Of a stretch of DNA of 60,925 nucleotides, positions 30,171 through 39,394 are shown in pieces. This stretch comes from Patescibacteria group bacterium (GTDB taxonomy: Bacteria > Patescibacteriota > Microgenomatia > UBA12405): the NCBI GenBank assembly GCA_018902845.1, contig JAHIPV010000012.1:1-60925 (forward strand), given 5' to 3'. The notes below the pieces were generated by a model, which was not told the origin of the DNA, made no database searches, and saw only the letters and a list, made by a program, of their open reading frames with translations. Both the position numbers and the translations under genes were made by a program. The first letter of the stretch is position 1. Each line of letters begins with the position of its first letter.

Positions 30171-31319
30171 ATGTCTAACCTTCAACACAAAAAAATATTA
30201 ATAACTCAAGCAAAAGAAATTTATACAATGCTGGATGAGTATCTTACTATCCATAATAAAGTAATTAAATCGACAGGTACAGTCACAAGTCTTTTTAAGG
30301 ACCATGATTACTTGGCAATGTACAACGAAATAGACAAGGTTAAGACTAGTTTTGACAATAAAGTATTAGAGTTAAAGGAAATTAAGGGAAAATACTATGC
30401 AAGTTTTACAGGCGTGTCAGCCGATTTCTTTGATGCTCTTGATGGCTATTTTAATGCTCTGTATGAGGCCGTAAGGGAATTTCATTTATTTATCACAAGA
30501 TTATACGAAACGAGCAAGGGTATTATCAACAATAAGCAGAAATTATCTTGGTTAGAATATTCTCAGTTGACAAAAGCATACGACAAAAAGGTCAAGGCAT
30601 ATCAGGAGTTAGGGAGTAAACTTAATGAAATGTACCAAAAACTTGAAGGTGAAAAGACAAACTATATAGACGAAAAAAATATCGAGACAAAGATGCTTGA
30701 TGAATTGGAAAAAATTAAGTTAATAAAAATTAAAATTAATTCTTTTGAGAGATACCCGATACTTTATACGTGTTTAGTGCTCCTTTGCTTATTTATAACC
30801 CTTGCGGTGTTGCTTAATGGTTTTCTAAGCATTATGTTTTGGATAGTTACAGTAATTGTTGGTTTCTTTACTTTCTCAATTATGTATGTACGTTTATCAA
30901 CCAAATGGAGACGAATACACTATCCATTAATGGTGAGATATGCAAGTGCACTAGGTTTTGCACAAGGACAAGATGAATCCATAACAATTGATGAAAAGAT
31001 GGATTTTGCCTTGTTGTTTTTATTGCAATCTGTCTACCCTACGATATCTCCGGATATTCTTAAATCATACTACAGTAGTTTGTTGGAAGAATTTCCCTTA
31101 TTTATGGGTTATGAAATGTTATGTATTGTTTTAAAAAAGAAATTGTCAAGCGCATCAACTGAAGATATTGAAAAATTGGCAAAACATTTTACAGACAAAG
31201 TTAAGAATGAAAAATTTAAGAAAGTTTGGCTCGTTATGTCAAACTTAATTAAAATAAAGTATGGTGAAGAAGAAAAATTTGAATATCTATTCTCAATTAT
31301 CAATGGAAAAGCGACCTAA
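30171..31319 (+). CDS. Hypothetical protein, helical with two central TM helices
   Basis: Long ORF with a hydrophobic hairpin near aa 195-240. Confidence 0.65.
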   Translation: MSNLQHKKILITQAKEIYTMLDEYLTIHNKVIKSTGTVTSLFKDHDYLAMYNEIDKVKTSFDNKVLELKEIKGKYYASFTGVSADFFDALDGYFNALYEAVREFHLFITRLYETSKGIINNKQKLSWLEYSQLTKAYDKKVKAYQELGSKLNEMYQKLEGEKTNYIDEKNIETKMLDELEKIKLIKIKINSFERYPILYTCLVLLCLFITLAVLLNGFLSIMFWIVTVIVGFFTFSIMYVRLSTKWRRIHYPLMVRYASALGFAQGQDESITIDEKMDFALLFLLQSVYPTISPDILKSYYSSLLEEFPLFMGYEMLCIVLKKKLSSASTEDIEKLAKHFTDKVKNEKFKKVWLVMSNLIKIKYGEEEKFEYLFSIINGKAT

Positions 31320-31374
31320 ATAAAAAATGAAAAAATCATATTTTAAATTATTAGTTGTCGTTATCTATTAAACT

Positions 31375-32934
31375 ATGGCCTATTTTGAAAAACACATCAC
31401 CAACCAAAAGACAGGAGAGACGAAGTTAATAAAATCAAATGATGCCACTACCTTTAATTCAAAAGTTCAAAGACAATTCGAGGTGTGGGATAGATTGAAT
31501 CAAAGATTAGACCAACAAGCAGAGAAAGAGCATTCAATATCAGAAGCACAAAGGCAGACAAAAGAAGCTACTAAAACAATTGAAGATTGTAATAACATTC
31601 TAAAATACACCCTAAAAATTGACGACAAAATCAACTGGGAAGAACTGCAGGATAATAAGCTATTTCAAAAGTATAAAGCTATATCAGAACCGGTAAAAAA
31701 AGAAGTAAAAAATAGTTTTTTTGAAATAATTCCATACCTCAAGAAAAAGAAAGATATCGACAGAAATAAAGCAGAAGAACAATACCAAAAAGATTTACAA
31801 AAATACAAAAAGACAGAAAAAAAGCTTAAATCGGAGTATGAAAAAGAAAAGGCCGAGTTTTTAAAGAAGCAAAATCAGTTCAATGCTAGCCTGGAATCGA
31901 ACAAACAGAAATATGAAAAAGGTGAAGTTGAGGGCGTGAAGAAATACGTCGGTATGGTTATGGAGAGGTCAAAATATCCGGAAGTAATTAGTGTGTTTCC
32001 CGAAGTAAATTACGAACCGAATGCAAAAGTAGCTTTGGTGGACATGGAATTACCAAGTGATAAGCAAGTACCGTCTGTCAAAGAGTACAAATATGTTACC
32101 AGCAGAAAAGAAATTGATGAGATAAAAATGGGGTTAAAAGAATTTGAAGCCTTTTACAATAATCTTATTTTCCAAATTTGTCTTCGCACAATTCACGAAG
32201 TATTTGAAGCTGATTATGCCAAGGTTGTCGAGGTGGTTGTTTTTAACGGTTGGGTACAAGGAATTGATGGTCGAACCGGAAAAGAATTTAATAACTGTAT
32301 CGTTTCTTTGCAGGTAACCCGCGATGAATTCGGAGAAATCAATCTTGAAATGATAAACCCCAGGGATTGTTTTCAACATTTGAAGGGTGTCTCTGCCGGT
32401 TCTTTGATAAATCTGTCGCCAATCAAACCAATAATGGAGATGAACCAGGAAGATAAGCGTTTTATTGTCGCCGACAATGTTTTAGATAGTCTTGATAAAA
32501 GCACCAATCTTGCCATTATGGACTGGCAGAAGTTTGAAGTATTAGTTAGAGATTTAATTAAAAAAGAATTTTCTCGTGAAGGGTGTAAAGTTGAAGTTAC
32601 CCAAGCCTCACGCGACCAAGGAGTTGATGCTATTGCCTTTGATGAAGACCCAATTCGGGGTGGAAAATATATTATTCAGGCTAAACGCTACAATAATTTA
32701 GTCCCTGTCAGTGCCGTTCGTGATTTGTATGGAACAGTTCATGCGGAAGGGGCTGTCAAAGGGATTCTAATAACCACCAGTTACTATGGGCCTGAAGCCT
32801 TGAATTTTGTTAAAGATAAACCATTAAAGCTAATTAATGGCGAGGAGTTAATCTATATGTTCAACAAACATGGCTACAACTATAAAATCGAGTTGACCAA
32901 AAAGCAAAAAGCCGCATCATCCTTAACCTATTAA
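31375..32934 (+). CDS. Mrr-family restriction endonuclease with long coiled-coil N-terminus
   Basis: FEVLVRDL, DQGVDAIA, IIQAKRY, AVRDLYG, GILITTS, LINGEEL. Confidence 0.9.
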   Translation: MAYFEKHITNQKTGETKLIKSNDATTFNSKVQRQFEVWDRLNQRLDQQAEKEHSISEAQRQTKEATKTIEDCNNILKYTLKIDDKINWEELQDNKLFQKYKAISEPVKKEVKNSFFEIIPYLKKKKDIDRNKAEEQYQKDLQKYKKTEKKLKSEYEKEKAEFLKKQNQFNASLESNKQKYEKGEVEGVKKYVGMVMERSKYPEVISVFPEVNYEPNAKVALVDMELPSDKQVPSVKEYKYVTSRKEIDEIKMGLKEFEAFYNNLIFQICLRTIHEVFEADYAKVVEVVVFNGWVQGIDGRTGKEFNNCIVSLQVTRDEFGEINLEMINPRDCFQHLKGVSAGSLINLSPIKPIMEMNQEDKRFIVADNVLDSLDKSTNLAIMDWQKFEVLVRDLIKKEFSREGCKVEVTQASRDQGVDAIAFDEDPIRGGKYIIQAKRYNNLVPVSAVRDLYGTVHAEGAVKGILITTSYYGPEALNFVKDKPLKLINGEELIYMFNKHGYNYKIELTKKQKAASSLTY

Positions 32935-32950
32935 TATTCCAAATATAAAT

Positions 32951-33529
32951 ATGAAATATAAAATCTATTTGGCAATAATTTTACTATTAGTAGTAGCTGG
33001 ATTATTTTTATTTAATTACAAAAACAACAATAAAAAGGTTGTTGTTGACCAAATTCAAACCACCAAACCAGAAGAACCAACGCCAACAAAGATAGAACCA
33101 ATTGTCTTTACCCAAGAACAATTAAATGATTATTACCAAACAACTAAAAACCCATTTGTACTTCATATCCGCAAAGCCCTTAACGGATATTTAAACGGAA
33201 CAAATGTTGGGATGGATTCATCAGACCTAGTAATTGAAAAAGATGAAATTGACGGTTCACCTACAGGTTTATCTTCATTCGATAAAGATTATTACAAAAG
33301 TAAATTTGTAGTTTTCATGATAGACGACAGTATCGCTGGTGGCAAATTTATCAGAATTATTTTTCAAGATAAACCAGACAAAGTATTTATTGCCTGGGTA
33401 TATAAATTAGCGGGCGGTGAGTATGATTTTAGAGGTTTTAGTCAAGACTCAACCTACACCGAAGAAAAAATGAAAGAAGTACAAGTATTATATAAAACAA
33501 TCCTTGAAGATAAGTTTCACTCAATTTAA
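32951..33529 (+). CDS. Membrane-anchored hypothetical protein
   Basis: N-terminal TM followed by a PEEPTPT linker. Confidence 0.7.
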   Translation: MKYKIYLAIILLLVVAGLFLFNYKNNNKKVVVDQIQTTKPEEPTPTKIEPIVFTQEQLNDYYQTTKNPFVLHIRKALNGYLNGTNVGMDSSDLVIEKDEIDGSPTGLSSFDKDYYKSKFVVFMIDDSIAGGKFIRIIFQDKPDKVFIAWVYKLAGGEYDFRGFSQDSTYTEEKMKEVQVLYKTILEDKFHSI

Positions 33530-33540
33530 ATTTACACACC

Positions 33541-33771
33541 ATGGTTCTAGTTCCTTCCAATAACTGGTTAACAAATAAATTAAAAGAAGAAGTCATCGAG
33601 CTTTTTCAACCTTTATATAAACACACCCTTACTGAGACTGAAATAACCAATATCGCCAACACTCTAGCCAACGCCGCAGAACTATGGATTAAATTTAATT
33701 GGAGGATTAAACACCCACTATTTAAAGATAGGGTTATAATTCGTACAGTTGGAATAAAAGATAAAAATTAA
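33541..33771 (+). CDS. Small hypothetical protein
   Basis: 76-aa ORF in the co-oriented run; helical 'LTETEITNIANTL'. Confidence 0.5.
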   Translation: MVLVPSNNWLTNKLKEEVIELFQPLYKHTLTETEITNIANTLANAAELWIKFNWRIKHPLFKDRVIIRTVGIKDKN

Positions 33772-33785
33772 AATTCAAAAATAGT

Positions 33786-35594
33786 ATGTCTAGATATAAA
33801 CTTATTAATGAATTGTTCGACGAAGCAAAACAAAAGAATATTTTAGAATATATCTTCACCCTTGTGAGGGCAGGCCCCATAGATATTTATGATAAGGATG
33901 AATTATTGTTACTTCAGGAAAATTCAAAGCTAAGTGGATTTAAAAAAGAGAATATATTGTCTTCACAAGCCTTCTGGCAAGTGTTGGGCAATTTACTATT
34001 AGTAAATACTGGCCAAAGTTATAAACCATATCTTTTATTTGGTTCCAGTGGATTTATCAAAACAATACTGCCGTTAACCAGCGGGGAACTTAAAGAATTC
34101 CTAGATAAGGAATTTGTCCAAGGTGATGGCAAAAGCAATGAATGGCTAGCATTTACAAGGGCATTATTGGATAAATATTTTTTTGAACTATCTTCATTTA
34201 AACATGCACCTAACTTCTATAAACTCCCAAGATTCGAGGTATTGGAAACATTAGTTGATGACATTGTGGGACTTTACGGATTTAAGATGTACTTTTCTAA
34301 TGGCTCTAATGCTGAATTCACAAGAGATGAAAAAAGTACTTCAGCTATTAACTTAATGCTTGATGATTCAGGTGTTGGTTTTCAGGTTGGCTTTATTGAT
34401 AAATTGATTGATGAGTGGAAGGTTGGAGATAAACGATTATATGAATTGGGTCTTAAGGGAAAATATAACAAAACTGGGGAATGGAAACCCATTCTTTACC
34501 CTGGAGATTTTGGGAAACTTGAACAGGAAGCGATGTTTTTATCAAAAGACGAAAGAGTTCAGGGAATTTTGTTTTACGTGTTTTGTACAGGCTATCGGGT
34601 TATTGAATTTGTAGCCAAAATGTCCATAAACCTTCCTGACAAACATACTGTTTTGGCAGGTGACGTGCATTTGGAAAATTTAACCCACACTGATACCGAA
34701 CTGGAGTTTACTAACGAACACATGTACGACGGTTGGTTAGAACTTGCTAATGGCTCTATAGAAACAATTAAAGAGGGAGTAGGAACTATCCAACGTGCCA
34801 TGCAAGGTTTGGCCTTTTCTCTTGATAATGAGGTTAGATGGAATTTAAAGTACACAATCGCCAGTCATAAACCCGGAGCAGGAGCTCCTAAAAGAAAAGA
34901 CGTGAAGTTTCTAAATCAAATTATTGAAGAAACTCAGAAAGTCAGAGACCCCATTATTGATACTGCGGTCAGTTGGTATCAGCTTGGTATATTAACCCAG
35001 AACCCACTAAATGCCTTCCTTTGTTATCACATAGCTATCGAGGGCTTGGCCATGAAACTAGCTAACGGTGAATTGGAAGTTAGTAAGATTTATGGGTTTA
35101 AACCAGAAGATAAAGACTTAAAAAACAAGAGGCTGTCAAAGTGCTTTAAAGAATATTATGACAAATATTATTCTACAGATTTGGAAAAAATGGTTAAAGA
35201 AATTTACTTTGAAGGTGTTGTTTCTCTTAAGTTTCATTTAAAAAAAGCATTAGAAGGGGTATTTGGTGACCAGCATCCATTTATTAAGGAATATTTTCAG
35301 GGTAAAGAAAGCATATGGAGCCTTAGGGGCGAACTGGCTCATGGAGAATATTCTAACTGGCATGACGATAAATATATGATGGTTTGGAAAAAGTTGGCTA
35401 CAATGCAAGACATTTCTAAATCATTCTTAACTAGAGTGATTCTCAAAGTCGACTCAGGGAAAAATCCTCCAGGATGGACTAGAGAACACACCTTTTCAAT
35501 TGGTATGGATGACCCGAGAAGTACCTTAGCTGTTAGCAGTTTAGATGTTTTACCTCGCCAAGATTGGTCAATAAGACCAGAGTGGATTGATTAA
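33786..35594 (+). CDS. ApeA-like protein with C-terminal HEPN motif
   Basis: AVSWY..AFLCYHIAIEGL..LRGELAHG (RxxxxH). Confidence 0.7.
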   Translation: MSRYKLINELFDEAKQKNILEYIFTLVRAGPIDIYDKDELLLLQENSKLSGFKKENILSSQAFWQVLGNLLLVNTGQSYKPYLLFGSSGFIKTILPLTSGELKEFLDKEFVQGDGKSNEWLAFTRALLDKYFFELSSFKHAPNFYKLPRFEVLETLVDDIVGLYGFKMYFSNGSNAEFTRDEKSTSAINLMLDDSGVGFQVGFIDKLIDEWKVGDKRLYELGLKGKYNKTGEWKPILYPGDFGKLEQEAMFLSKDERVQGILFYVFCTGYRVIEFVAKMSINLPDKHTVLAGDVHLENLTHTDTELEFTNEHMYDGWLELANGSIETIKEGVGTIQRAMQGLAFSLDNEVRWNLKYTIASHKPGAGAPKRKDVKFLNQIIEETQKVRDPIIDTAVSWYQLGILTQNPLNAFLCYHIAIEGLAMKLANGELEVSKIYGFKPEDKDLKNKRLSKCFKEYYDKYYSTDLEKMVKEIYFEGVVSLKFHLKKALEGVFGDQHPFIKEYFQGKESIWSLRGELAHGEYSNWHDDKYMMVWKKLATMQDISKSFLTRVILKVDSGKNPPGWTREHTFSIGMDDPRSTLAVSSLDVLPRQDWSIRPEWID

Positions 35595-35705
35595 TAATAG
35601 AGAAAAATAATTTTCAATTACAGGTATTACACTTATCCAATTAGCTTCAATCGTTTGTTAAATCGCCTTATACAAGCTCTGTATCGCTTGCCCGTTAGGT
35701 TCAAA

Positions 35706-37355
35706 TCAATAGTTCCCTAATTGATTAGTCATTGATGTAGTAGGTAACAGAGTCATCGGATTTTTTAGCTTGTCTAGCTCTTGTCTTAGTTCTGCCATTA
35801 ACTTGAAGTTTTCGAATATTTGGAAGGTTTGGGCTAAATAACTAGTTATATTAAGCTTACGGTCCTGGAGCTGATTGTCCGCTAATATAACCCCTTTATT
35901 TTCCCGTAAAATAGCGAAAATAGGGGTTGGCTGAATTCTACTAATCTTCTTATTTTCCACAAAAATCTTCTCATAAAAGAACCGTAAATAGTGACGTTTC
36001 AGAAACTTCGGTGCCTGTTTGTAAGTTTTGTAGATATCTTTGGTAAAAGATAAAACTTCCTCAATTAAATTAATATCAATATTACTCTTGTGTTCAAGGC
36101 CTTGGATTCTTTCATTTATTTTATGAATTTTGTTTTGAATCCTAACATACAATCTTTTAAAAACGTCCGATTCAATTGTTTCATCTAACAATGAATCTTC
36201 AAGCTTGTTTCTTTTTGTCTCTAGTGATGTTTTTTTGTTTATTAGCTTAATTTTTTCCGACTTAAAGTAAAGTCGGTTTTCTTCTAAAATTTCCTTAGTT
36301 TTTTTAACTACAGTAGCAACAAATTCTTGACTAAATTGCATTTTTTTAAAAGTTTTTTCAACTTGAAGTTCAAGATTTTTGAGCTCGACATAAGGAGCAG
36401 GACAACCATTTCTGTTTTGTTTAGGACAATGATAATAAGCAATTTTGTCTAATCTCGAGGATTTAGGTAAATTATGCCAATCAGCCGTATATCTTTGTCC
36501 ACACTCTTCGCAATATATAAACCCTCTTAACAAAAAGTTATATTTACGCTTTCTAATTAAAAAGCTTCTGTGTTTAGCTAAAACATACTGACAAGTATCA
36601 AACAAGTCCTTGTCGATAATTGGTTCTTGCTTCCCATTTTTCGACCTCCCTTTCCATCGAATACGCCCATAATAAAAGGGGTTGTTTAAAATGTTATGAA
36701 CAACTGAATGTCCTGGCGGATTACCGTTTTTGGATACAATATCTTTATCGCTTAACTGTGTTTGTAAATCCGAAATGGAATAACTACCTGTAGCGTAAAG
36801 TTCGAAAAGCTCTTTGATAACAGGGGCTACATATGGGTCTGGTTCGCAAGTTTTTCTTTCTTTTTCACCACCAACACTTTGGTATCCCAACGGTGGCGGG
36901 GTAGGTTGCCAACCACCGCGAAACTTTTGTTCTAAAGCGTCTTTAGTTCGCTTACCGTTGACTTCTGACTCCCATTCGGCAACCGAAGCAAAGATATTAG
37001 CTATCAAGCTAGAGCCATTAGACAAATCACCCTCCATAACCGAGTGAAACTCAATGTTAGATTCCACGAACTCTTTCCTTATCCTTGAAAAGTCAGTTAC
37101 ATTTCTGGCGAAGCGGTCAATTTTGTATATAACTAAGCATTCAACCTCTTTGTTTTTCAGTCTTTTAAGCATTTCCTGAAATTCAGGACGATTGGCCGTT
37201 CTTCCAGACTTGCCATCATCAATAAAAACTTCCTTGGGATGATATCCCCTGTTTACTGCGTATTCCTTGCAAGCTCTTTTTTGGTTATCTAAAGAGTAAC
37301 CCTCAGTAGCCTGCTCATCGGTCGAAACACGAATATAAATGTAACAATTTTTCAT
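35706..37355 (-). CDS. Large serine recombinase (integrase 2)
   Basis: YIRVSTDEQ, DRFARN, zinc ribbon CEECG..YYHC..C, coiled coil. Confidence 0.95.
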   Translation of the reverse strand: MKNCYIYIRVSTDEQATEGYSLDNQKRACKEYAVNRGYHPKEVFIDDGKSGRTANRPEFQEMLKRLKNKEVECLVIYKIDRFARNVTDFSRIRKEFVESNIEFHSVMEGDLSNGSSLIANIFASVAEWESEVNGKRTKDALEQKFRGGWQPTPPPLGYQSVGGEKERKTCEPDPYVAPVIKELFELYATGSYSISDLQTQLSDKDIVSKNGNPPGHSVVHNILNNPFYYGRIRWKGRSKNGKQEPIIDKDLFDTCQYVLAKHRSFLIRKRKYNFLLRGFIYCEECGQRYTADWHNLPKSSRLDKIAYYHCPKQNRNGCPAPYVELKNLELQVEKTFKKMQFSQEFVATVVKKTKEILEENRLYFKSEKIKLINKKTSLETKRNKLEDSLLDETIESDVFKRLYVRIQNKIHKINERIQGLEHKSNIDINLIEEVLSFTKDIYKTYKQAPKFLKRHYLRFFYEKIFVENKKISRIQPTPIFAILRENKGVILADNQLQDRKLNITSYLAQTFQIFENFKLMAELRQELDKLKNPMTLLPTTSMTNQLGNY

Positions 37356-37508
37356 TTTGTCCTCCCTTAATTAACTAATTATACTTAATTATATAAAATT
37401 ACTTTTAATTAAGCAAAAGAATATGTTTTGTTGTAAAATTCTGACACTTTTCTGACATTACAACAATACTCAAAATCTGTTTCAATCTCAGACCAGCTCA
37501 TTTTTAAT

Positions 37509-37910
37509 TTAGTCATAATTTCTGTTTTTAAATAAAAATCCCTTTCTTTTTAAAATACCTACGTAATATTTAGGTAGTGAAGTCCTAATCATCCTCATTC
37601 TCTTGGCATTTAAGGCTAAGCTCAAACATTCAAATAATACTTCTGCTTTATAGTTTTTCGCCATTTTTATATGAAAATTTAAATTACTTTCATCGTCACC
37701 CAATTTCTTCATAATTTCTTCGGCAACAACTTTTGGTTTATTTTTTTGTTCGTCTAGTAAATTCATGAGATTGTTTAAGGCATTTTCTACTTCGTTATTA
37801 ACGTTACTTAAGTAATTATTTTCGTTAACAACGTTTACGTTGCTAACGTTATCCCTTTTAAAGAATTTTTTATTATTAATTACTTCCGAAATTTTAGAAA
37901 CTTTTTTCAT
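37509..37910 (-). CDS. Replication-initiator C-terminal-like protein
   Basis: Asn/Val-rich repetitive N-part and C-terminal 'IRTSLPKYYVGILK'. Occupies the position of the rep-like gene in unit 1. Confidence 0.5.
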   Translation of the reverse strand: MKKVSKISEVINNKKFFKRDNVSNVNVVNENNYLSNVNNEVENALNNLMNLLDEQKNKPKVVAEEIMKKLGDDESNLNFHIKMAKNYKAEVLFECLSLALNAKRMRMIRTSLPKYYVGILKRKGFLFKNRNYD

Positions 37911-37935
37911 TTATATTTTTATTTTTGACAATTAT

Positions 37936-38202
37936 TTAGTTATCGACGGGAAAACTTTGGTCATATAAAAAAGTTTTAAGCTCACGTTGAGCAATACAAA
38001 AACTTCTCGGCTCAACTAATCCTTTTCCACTCCAAAACTTTCTTGTTAAAGCTTCCCTTGTTGAGTCATCCTCGAAGCCAAAAAAGGCATGTTTGGGGGT
38101 TTCTCTGGTGATGTGCAAAAGATTGCAACCTTTGGTCTTTAAAAATGTAGCCAGTGGTAGATTGTCAGTATGGAAAAATGGTTTTTTATTTTGAGTATTC
38201 AT
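37936..38202 (-). CDS. DUF5659-like small phage/ICE protein
   Basis: Likely ATG at 38202; 'TDNLPLATFLKTKG..FFGFED'. Confidence 0.6.
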   Translation of the reverse strand: MNTQNKKPFFHTDNLPLATFLKTKGCNLLHITRETPKHAFFGFEDDSTREALTRKFWSGKGLVEPRSFCIAQRELKTFLYDQSFPVDN

Positions 38203-38423
38203 AGTCAGTATTTTTATTTTGATATTTTTGATAAATATGGAACAAACAAATTCGAACCCAAGCATTGGCAACATTTTCAAGCTCATTTCTCTTTAATTTT
38301 TGTTTATGTTTATTTTTGGCCTTCATGTTCTTAAGACATATTCGTCTTAAGAGTAGGTTAGCCGTTAAGAGACACCGAAAAAATGGAGGGATAGGGTTTG
38401 GTAAAATTCCACCCTAAAATTTC

Positions 38424-39104
38424 TTAAAAAAGGTTTTTTCTGTAGGCCTTGACTGCTTTTACGATTAAATCTTTTACTGAGCGGTTAAAATCATCCCCAC
38501 TTATTCCATCTTGTCTGGCAATTTGCCGATAAGTCATCCCTTTTCTTACTTTCCAATACCATTTTCTATCCCTATCAACCTCTTTCCTAATTTTATTGTA
38601 TTCATCTGCCCTATAATGAGTGTCTGGAGACGCTTGTACCTTTCTCATTGCCTCTTTGTATTTACCGAAAGCTTCAAGAACATCTTTCTTTTTTGTTTGA
38701 GAAGTAATTAAGATAGCCCAAATAAAATAAGGTTTGTATGTAACAAAAGACGGCAATTTAGAGAAATTAATTAGTTGAGTTGCTACATAATCCACATCTG
38801 TTATTTCACAACCTAATACCGCTTTTTCAAATACATCTTGATAATTAGTTTCCAAGCCCATGGACATTCTCAAGTCTTTTATTTTTTTATAAAACACTCG
38901 AATCGTCTTTTTCCCCAAATTTGTAATTAACCAATGTTGGTAATTATTGAGCCCAAAGGGTTTGCTGATTCCGTACTTCTTTCTTATTTTTTTAGCTTCT
39001 TTGATAAATATCGGACTATCAATTATGAAAGCAATATCAGTATATTTCTTAAAATCTTTTATCTTTATTTTTGCGGGCTCAAAACCATATTTATTTTTAT
39101 TCAT
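38424..39104 (-). CDS. Hypothetical regulator with C-terminal HTH; homolog of 14526-15329
   Basis: Shared DxPxF..LR..GI, ITSQT/ISPTS and WYW..GxTY..IA motifs. Confidence 0.7.
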   Translation of the reverse strand: MNKNKYGFEPAKIKIKDFKKYTDIAFIIDSPIFIKEAKKIRKKYGISKPFGLNNYQHWLITNLGKKTIRVFYKKIKDLRMSMGLETNYQDVFEKAVLGCEITDVDYVATQLINFSKLPSFVTYKPYFIWAILITSQTKKKDVLEAFGKYKEAMRKVQASPDTHYRADEYNKIRKEVDRDRKWYWKVRKGMTYRQIARQDGISGDDFNRSVKDLIVKAVKAYRKNLF

Positions 39105-39166
39105 TCGTTGTAGATATTATTTATCTTATGTATAATTTAGCATAATTAAACACAGTAACTGAAAAA

Positions 39167-39361
39167 ATGAACAATCAAGACAATAGCTTGCCAAGACTAA
39201 TAGGAATAAAAAAAGCGGCAGAAATGCTTAGTGTCCATCCTGCCACTTTGAGGCGTTGGGATAACGAAGGTAAACTAAAAGCAATAAGAATTGGAAGCAG
39301 AAAAAAAGTAGGGGACAGGCGTTATCGCTTGGAAGATGTCCAAAAATTAATGCAGGGCTAA
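39167..39361 (+). CDS. MerR/excisionase-type HTH protein
   Basis: IKKAAEMLSVHPATLRRWDNEGKL..GDRRY. Confidence 0.85.
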   Translation: MNNQDNSLPRLIGIKKAAEMLSVHPATLRRWDNEGKLKAIRIGSRKKVGDRRYRLEDVQKLMQG

Positions 39362-39394
39362 CCAAATAAAACTCGCATCTGTAAATATAAAAAT

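Noticed and set aside
16437-35594. Long run of co-oriented cargo genes resembling an integron cassette array
   Set aside because: I saw no repeated attC-like (RYYYAAC..GTTRRRY) hairpins between genes and no IntI-type integrase next to the run.
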